Of a stretch of 64,000 bases of DNA, positions 58,408 to 64,000 are shown piece after piece. This DNA is from Halorarum halobium (GTDB taxonomy: Archaea; Halobacteriota; Halobacteria; Halobacteriales; Haloferacaceae). Within the stretch, counting starts at the first letter, position 1; each line of letters begins with the position of its first letter. The translations under genes were made by a program, and so were the position numbers. The notes below the pieces were generated by a model. That model had not been told where the DNA came from. It saw only the letters and a list, made by a program, of their open reading frames with translations, and made no database searches. Location of the stretch: contig NZ_CP134949.1 in assembly GCF_032116555.1 (NCBI RefSeq), positions 3,162,001 to 3,226,000 on the forward strand. The letters are read 5' to 3'.

Positions 58408-59736
58408 ATGAGTTCACGGCTTCGACACCCGCTGGCGGCGCTGTTCGGCGGGGTGCTGCTGACGCTTCCGTGGGTGTACATCTGGGCGACCGGCGCGGTC
58501 GATGGCCTGTCGACGCTGGGGCGGGTGGGAGTGAGCGGCGTCGCGGTGCTGGGCGCGTCGTTCCTGCTCGCGTGGGGCGCCGAAACCGCGGAGAAGGACG
58601 TGCCGCGCGCGTTCGCCATCGCCGTGCTGGCGGTGCTCGCGGTCGCGCCCGAGTACGCCGTCGACGCGCTGTACGCCTGGCAGGCCGGGCAGGGCGACCC
58701 CGCCGCCGGCAACCTCGCGGTCGCCAACATGACCGGCGCGAACCGCATCCTCATCGGCATCGGCTGGTCCGGCATCGCGCTGTTTTCCATCTACAAGGCC
58801 TACGGCGGAAACGACGATTCCAGCGTGCAGACGACCGACTCGCGGCTGGGCGACTACGTCAGCCTCGACCGCGACATCGCCCTCGAGATCCTCTTCCTGT
58901 TCGCCGCGACCGTCTTCGCCTTCTTCGTCCCGCTCGGTGGCGGCATCGGCGCGGTCGACACGATCGTGCTCGTCGGGCTCTACCTCGCGTACATCCTCGT
59001 CATCGTCCGCGGCGACGTCGAGGAGATCGAGGACCAGGTCGGGGTTCCGGCGTACCTCCAGCGACGGCCGAAGCTGGTCCGGATCCCGTCCGTGCTGGTG
59101 CTGTTCGGCTACTCGGCGTTCCTCATCTTCACGGCGGTCGAGCCGTTCGCGCACGGCCTGGAGAGCCTCGGACTCCAGTACGGCATCCCGGAGTTCTTCA
59201 TGATCCAGTGGATCGCGCCGCTGGCCAGCGAGAGTCCGGAACTCATCGTGACCGCGTATCTCGTGAACAAGGCGCGCTCGACGGCGGCGTTCAACGCGCT
59301 CATCTCCTCGAAGCTGAACCAGTGGACGCTGCTCATCGGGACGCTCGTGGTCGTCTACAGCATCTCGCTCGGCCAGTACGGCGTGCTGGAGTTCGACACG
59401 AAGCAGGCGGCCGAGATCTGGCTCACGGCCGCCCAGAGCTTCTTCGCGCTCGCCATCCTGCTCAACTTCCGCATCTCCGTGCGCGAGGCGCTCGTGTTGC
59501 TGGTCCTGTTCGTCTCGCAGGTCGGCATCGAGTTCGCCATCATCCGGACGTACCCCGAGGCGCTGGCCGAGCAGTACTCGATCTACCTCCTGCTCGCGTA
59601 CACGGTCGTCTACGTCGCCGCGACGCTGCTGCTGCTCGCCCAGCGCCGCGACGAACTGCGCGAACTCGTCACGATCAGCCGGAGCACGATGCGCGAGGCC
59701 TGGCACGGTGCCGGGTCGGGGCACTCGGCTGACTGA
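58408..59736 (+). CDS. CaCA-superfamily cation antiporter
   Basis: APEYAVD...ANMTGANR and PLASESPE...SSKLNQWT. Confidence 0.88.
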   Translation: MSSRLRHPLAALFGGVLLTLPWVYIWATGAVDGLSTLGRVGVSGVAVLGASFLLAWGAETAEKDVPRAFAIAVLAVLAVAPEYAVDALYAWQAGQGDPAAGNLAVANMTGANRILIGIGWSGIALFSIYKAYGGNDDSSVQTTDSRLGDYVSLDRDIALEILFLFAATVFAFFVPLGGGIGAVDTIVLVGLYLAYILVIVRGDVEEIEDQVGVPAYLQRRPKLVRIPSVLVLFGYSAFLIFTAVEPFAHGLESLGLQYGIPEFFMIQWIAPLASESPELIVTAYLVNKARSTAAFNALISSKLNQWTLLIGTLVVVYSISLGQYGVLEFDTKQAAEIWLTAAQSFFALAILLNFRISVREALVLLVLFVSQVGIEFAIIRTYPEALAEQYSIYLLLAYTVVYVAATLLLLAQRRDELRELVTISRSTMREAWHGAGSGHSAD

Positions 59737-59820
59737 AAGATCGGGCTGCGTCGAGGATTTATCGCGGTCGTTCGGCGACGGGAAGCCGATCGTCCGATTC
59801 TGCTGCATCCGTGTGAACTT

Positions 59821-60034
59821 CGGCGTGGCGTGGGGCGGCCGCGCCTCGTGTGCGGCCGACTCGTGCGGGGGATGAGTGAGGGAGCGAGCCGAGCGAGCGA
59901 ATCGGCTGCTCACGCGAGCGATGCGAGGGTGCGTTCCGAGGAGCGTGCTCCGAGGGAAGGGAGGCCCGTGGCTGCCGTTTGTGCGGCGCGGTGGCGGTCG
60001 GGTGGGACCGAACGGGGCCGCGGCGCTCGGGGAC
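59821..60034 (-). repeat. intergenic modular hairpin repeat, inverted copy lacking the left arm
   Basis: GGGTGGGACCGAACGGGGCCGCGG near 60000-60023; 59904-59965 is close to the reverse complement of 42727-42786. Confidence 0.85.
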
Positions 60035-60203
60035 GTTCACGAGACGCACTACGTCTCGGGGGCTCACGGGAGCGTTGCCGTGAACGCCGCGCGCCATCCG
60101 GACGGTTCACCCCACGAGACGCAGAGCGGAACGTCGACACCACCACGGAGCAGCCTTCGCCGAAACCGACCTCGTTTTCCACGCCCACTCCAACTACCCG
60201 ACA

Positions 60204-61595
60204 GTGATCGCCGTCGTCGTCTCCCGGGCCGACCGCGCCTCCGAACACGTCGGGGAGCGCCTGCTCGCGCTCGCCGACTGGACCGAACACGAGGACGACG
60301 CCCGCCCCGACGCGAACGGCGGCGGCACCTACCACCGGACGACCGTCGCCGGGACCGGCATCGAACGCCGCGCGTTCGACGACCTCCACATTTACCTCGA
60401 CGATCCGGTTCCCGCCTTCTCCGAGCGCCCCGAGTTCCTCGTCTTCGTCTCGCGACACTCGGGCGACACCGGGCCGCTGCTCACCTGCCACTTCACGGGC
60501 AACTTCGGCGCGGCCGAGTACGGCGGCGCGGACGGCTCGTTCGCCCCGGCCTGTCCGGGCGTCCAGCGCGCGCTCGTCGAGGGGTTCCACGAGCACGCGC
60601 CCGGCGGGTACGACGTCGCCATCGAATGTACCCATCACGGGCCGACCGACGTGTCCGTCCCGTCGCTGTTCGCGGAACTCGGGAGCGACGAGGCCGAGTG
60701 GGACGACCCCGACGGCGCGGCTGCGGTCGCGCGGGCGGTGCTCGACCTCCCCGAGCGCGACGCGACCGAGTCGGTCGGCGACCCCGACGACCCCCGGCAC
60801 CTGGTCGGGTTCGGCGGCGGGCACTACGCGCCGCGGTTCACTCGCGTCGTCGAGGGCACGGAGTGGGGTGTTGGCCACGTCGCCTCCGACTGGCAACTCG
60901 ACGAACTCGGCCCCCCCCAGGAACGTCGGGACGTGCTCGCCGACGCGTTCGCCGCGAGCGGCGCGCGGTTCACGATGCTCGACGGGGAGCACCCCGCACT
61001 GGAACGCGCGCTGGCGGCCCTCGCCGAATCGAGCGACGGACCGGACGTCCGCGTGGTCAGCGAGACGTGGGTGCGCGAGGTCGGGGACCGGCCGCTCGAC
61101 CTCGTCGCGTCCCTCGAAGCCGACCTCCGTTCCGTCGACGAGGGGCTCCGGTTCGGCGCGTCGCGGGCGACCGAGTACGAGGTGCGGGAGTTCCCGGCCG
61201 ACCTGCTCGCCGAAGCGCAGGGCGTCGACGCCGGGGCGACCCGGGCCGCCGTGACCGAGCGGACGGTCGCCTTCGAGACGAACGAGAACGGCACGCGGGC
61301 GGCGGGGAGCGCGGCGTTCCCCTCCCCGGCGACCGGGGACGCCACGGCCGCCCGGGACGGGCTGATCGGGGACCTCGCGTCCGTGCTGGGAGAGAAGTAC
61401 GACGAGGTTACCCGGACGGACGGCGCGGTCGTGGCGCGGGTCGCCGCGTTCGACCCCGCCGCCGCCGCCGAACTGGGCGTGCCCGAGGGACCGAAGTTCG
61501 GCCGCCTCGCCGGTGGATCGGCCGTCGAGGTGGACGGCGAGACGGTCGGGCCCGGCGACGTGACCCGCGAGCGCGAGGAGCGGTTCCCGGTCTGA
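60204..61595 (+). CDS. dtdA: archaeal D-aminoacyl-tRNA deacylase
   Basis: SRHS...TCHFTGN, ECTHHGPT, ELGS, GFGGGHY; upstream of ftsZ. Confidence 0.92.
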   Translation: MIAVVVSRADRASEHVGERLLALADWTEHEDDARPDANGGGTYHRTTVAGTGIERRAFDDLHIYLDDPVPAFSERPEFLVFVSRHSGDTGPLLTCHFTGNFGAAEYGGADGSFAPACPGVQRALVEGFHEHAPGGYDVAIECTHHGPTDVSVPSLFAELGSDEAEWDDPDGAAAVARAVLDLPERDATESVGDPDDPRHLVGFGGGHYAPRFTRVVEGTEWGVGHVASDWQLDELGPPQERRDVLADAFAASGARFTMLDGEHPALERALAALAESSDGPDVRVVSETWVREVGDRPLDLVASLEADLRSVDEGLRFGASRATEYEVREFPADLLAEAQGVDAGATRAAVTERTVAFETNENGTRAAGSAAFPSPATGDATAARDGLIGDLASVLGEKYDEVTRTDGAVVARVAAFDPAAAAELGVPEGPKFGRLAGGSAVEVDGETVGPGDVTREREERFPV

Positions 61596-61737
61596 CCGGG
61601 ACCACCGTGCGGACACTCCGTGGCCGCCGAACCGCCCGCCGGCGCGAATCGGCCCGAACGGCCTCTAAAACGTCTGACGCGTGTATGACGAGAGGGGAAG
61701 GATAATAACGCTCCATGGGTTACGGCCGTCATAACCT

Positions 61738-62910
61738 ATGGACTCCATCGTCGAGGACGCGATCGACGAGGCCGAAGGGGAGGGGCAGTCCGTCGAAGCC
61801 GACGCGCCGGCGTCGACGGACGGGGCCGCCTCGGGTGTCTCCGACTCCGCCGAAAGTACCCCCACCTCGGGGAAGATGACCGACGAACAGCTGGAGGACG
61901 TCCTCCAGGACCTCCAGACGAACATCACCGTCGTCGGCTGTGGCGGCGCGGGCGGCAACACCGTCAACCGGATGGCCGAGGAGGGCATCCACGGCGCGAA
62001 GCTCGTCGCGGCAAACACCGACGTCCAGCACCTCGTGAACATCGAGGCGGACACGAAGATCCTCATCGGCCAGGACAAGACGAAGGGTCGCGGCGCCGGC
62101 TCGCTCCCCCAGGTCGGCGAGGAGGCGGCCATCGAGTCCCAGGAGGAGATCCGCGACTCCATCTCCGGCTCGGACATGGTGTTCGTCACGGCCGGCCTCG
62201 GCGGCGGCACCGGCACCGGCTCGGCACCCGTCGTCGCCAAGGCGGCCCGCGAGATCGGCGCGCTCACCATCGCCATCGTCACGACGCCGTTCACCGCGGA
62301 GGGTGAGGTCCGGCGGACGAACGCCGAGGCGGGGCTCGAACGACTCCGCGACGTCGCGGACACGGTCATCGTCGTCCCGAACGACCGGCTCCTCGACGCG
62401 GTCGGGAAGCTCCCCGTCCGGCAGGCGTTCAAGATCTCCGACGAGGTGCTGATGCGCTCGGTGAAGGGCATCACGGAGCTCATCACCAAGCCCGGCCTCG
62501 TCAATCTCGACTTCGCCGACGTCCGCACCGTGATGGAGAAGGGCGGCGTCGCCATGATCGGCCTCGGCGAGTCCGACTCGGACACGAAGGCCCAGGAGTC
62601 CGTCCAGTCGGCCCTCCGGTCCCCCCTGCTCGACGTCGACATCTCCGGCGCGAACTCCGCGCTCGTCAACGTCACCGGCGGCTCGGACATGAGCATCGAG
62701 GAGGCGGAGGGCGTCGTCGAGGAGATCTACGACCGGATCGATCCCGACGCGCGCATCATCTGGGGGACGTCCATCGACGAGGAACTCGACGGCACGATGC
62801 GGACGATGATCGTCGTCACGGGCGTCGAGTCGCCCCAGATCTACGGGCGCAACGACGCGGCGCAGGCGAAGGCGGAACGGAAGCTCGAGGACATCGACTA
62901 CGTCGAATAG
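61738..62910 (+). CDS. ftsZ: cell division protein FtsZ (FtsZ1 type)
   Basis: [22 protein letters not shown]; followed by secE-spt5. Confidence 0.98.
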   Translation: MDSIVEDAIDEAEGEGQSVEADAPASTDGAASGVSDSAESTPTSGKMTDEQLEDVLQDLQTNITVVGCGGAGGNTVNRMAEEGIHGAKLVAANTDVQHLVNIEADTKILIGQDKTKGRGAGSLPQVGEEAAIESQEEIRDSISGSDMVFVTAGLGGGTGTGSAPVVAKAAREIGALTIAIVTTPFTAEGEVRRTNAEAGLERLRDVADTVIVVPNDRLLDAVGKLPVRQAFKISDEVLMRSVKGITELITKPGLVNLDFADVRTVMEKGGVAMIGLGESDSDTKAQESVQSALRSPLLDVDISGANSALVNVTGGSDMSIEEAEGVVEEIYDRIDPDARIIWGTSIDEELDGTMRTMIVVTGVESPQIYGRNDAAQAKAERKLEDIDYVE

Positions 62911-62999
62911 TCGTTCGCGCTTTCTGTCCCATTTTCTTCCGTGCTGGTTCCCCCACAGCGGCGGGTGGACTGCCACTGGTAGACTTGGATGCCTGTGAC

Positions 63000-63277
63000 G
63001 ACCGCGAAAGCCCCCGCGGCCCCTTTCAGTCCCACCCGTCGGTTGGTCGGCCGAACGTCGCAGGCCTGACTACCGCTCGTGCCGCGGTGGGTAGTCCACC
63101 GGAGCGTTCACCCGGATGGCTGGCGAGTGCGTCGGCAGCAGGGGTGCGGTCGGCGCGTCCTGGCGGTGGGCGCGCGTGACGCGAACCCCCTTGTGGGGTG
63201 AGTCGACGCGCGCGAGGGGTGAGCATCGCAGCGAGCCTGCGAGCGAGAAGCGCAAGCGGTTGGGGAGGGAGAGGCCC
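63000..63277. repeat. intergenic modular hairpin repeat, empty core plus an inverted downstream module
   Basis: GAAAGCCCCCGCGGCCCCTTTCAGTCCCACCC at 63006-63037; GCGAGGGGTGAG...TGGGGAGGGAGAGGC at about 63212-63275. Confidence 0.88.
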
Positions 63278-63439
63278 TCCTAGGTCAAGCAGTAGTGGTC
63301 TGCTTGTCCACACTGACACTCCGCGTAGCGACTCCCGTGCTCAGTATCAGGACGCAACGAGTTCTAACACCCCCGAACGACCCACGCCGAGGAGGATTGC
63401 AACAGATATAGAAGCCACGGCGCAGTATCCCCGCCAACG

Positions 63440-63613
63440 ATGGACGTCAAGTACGACCTGACCAGCTACGTGCGGGTGCTCAAGCTGGCGAGCACGCCGG
63501 CATGGGGGGAGTTCTCCCAGGTCGCAAAGATCGCCGGCGCGGGCATCTTCCTCGTCGGGTTCCTCGGGTTCGTCATCTTCGCGGTCATGTCCTTCCTCCC
63601 GGGAGGTGTCTGA
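63440..63613 (+). CDS. secE: protein translocase SecE/Sec61-gamma
   Basis: 57 aa, not in the ORF track: YVRVLKLASTP...IAGAGIFLVGFLGFVIF. Confidence 0.93.
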   Translation: MDVKYDLTSYVRVLKLASTPAWGEFSQVAKIAGAGIFLVGFLGFVIFAVMSFLPGGV

Positions 63614-63614
63614 G

Positions 63615-64000
63615 TTGCCGATCTACTCGGTGAAGACGACGGCGAGCCAGGAGCGCACCGTCGCGGACATGATCGCCAGCAAGGAGATGCCGGAGATCCA
63701 CGCCGTGCTCGCGCCCGATCAGCTCACGAGCTACGTGCTCGTCGAGGCCGACGACGACTCGATCATCCGGCGCGTGCTGGAGGAGGTCCCCCACGCCCGC
63801 GGGCTCGTCGAGGGCCCCGACGGCGAGGCGGGCCGCTCGTCGATGTCCGAGGTCGAGCACTTCCTCTCGCCGACGCCGGACGTCGAGGGCATCGCGGAGG
63901 GCGACATCGTCGAACTCATCGCGGGGCCGTTCAAGGGCGAGAAGGCGCAGGTCCAGCGCATCGACGAGGGCAAGGACCAGGTGACCGTCGAACTGTACGA
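63615..64000 (+). CDS. spt5: transcription elongation factor Spt5/NusG (truncated at window end)
   Basis: TTG start; PIYSVKTTASQERTV...GDIVELIAGPFKGEKA (KOW). Confidence 0.93.
   Translation, partial: MPIYSVKTTASQERTVADMIASKEMPEIHAVLAPDQLTSYVLVEADDDSIIRRVLEEVPHARGLVEGPDGEAGRSSMSEVEHFLSPTPDVEGIAEGDIVELIAGPFKGEKAQVQRIDEGKDQVTVELY

Overview
GC-rich chromosomal segment of a haloarchaeon (Halobacteria), judged from very acidic proteins and archaeal Hef, PriL, Hjc, archaellum genes and ftsZ-secE-spt5. It is mostly core genome: DNA repair/replication (hef, rad3/XPD, RecJ-like DHH, priL, hjc), ion transport (NhaC, TrkH, two CaCA antiporters), glyS, pabBAC, aroE, dtdA and initiator tRNA-Met. There are two organelle clusters: an archaellum locus (HalX response regulator, KaiC-like ATPase, wHTH regulator, two archaellins, cheYCD, arlCE-F-G-H-I-J) and a reduced gas-vesicle locus (gvpA-gvpO divergent from gvpFGHIJKLM, with no gvpC/N/D/E, a Cys3His-finger GvpO and an acidic-extended GvpI). 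The most striking unexplained signal is non-coding: a dispersed family of modular, nested hairpin repeats (core GAAAGCCCC...GGCCCCTTTCAGTCCCACCC) at six intergenic loci, with compensatory stem changes and both filled and empty forms. Also notable are direct and inverted copies of the tRNA 3' end, and a TATCA-N4-TGATA-like box at a fixed distance from TATA-like elements of three motility promoters. No transposase, integrase or CRISPR array was seen. All calls come from reading the sequence; no database searches were run.
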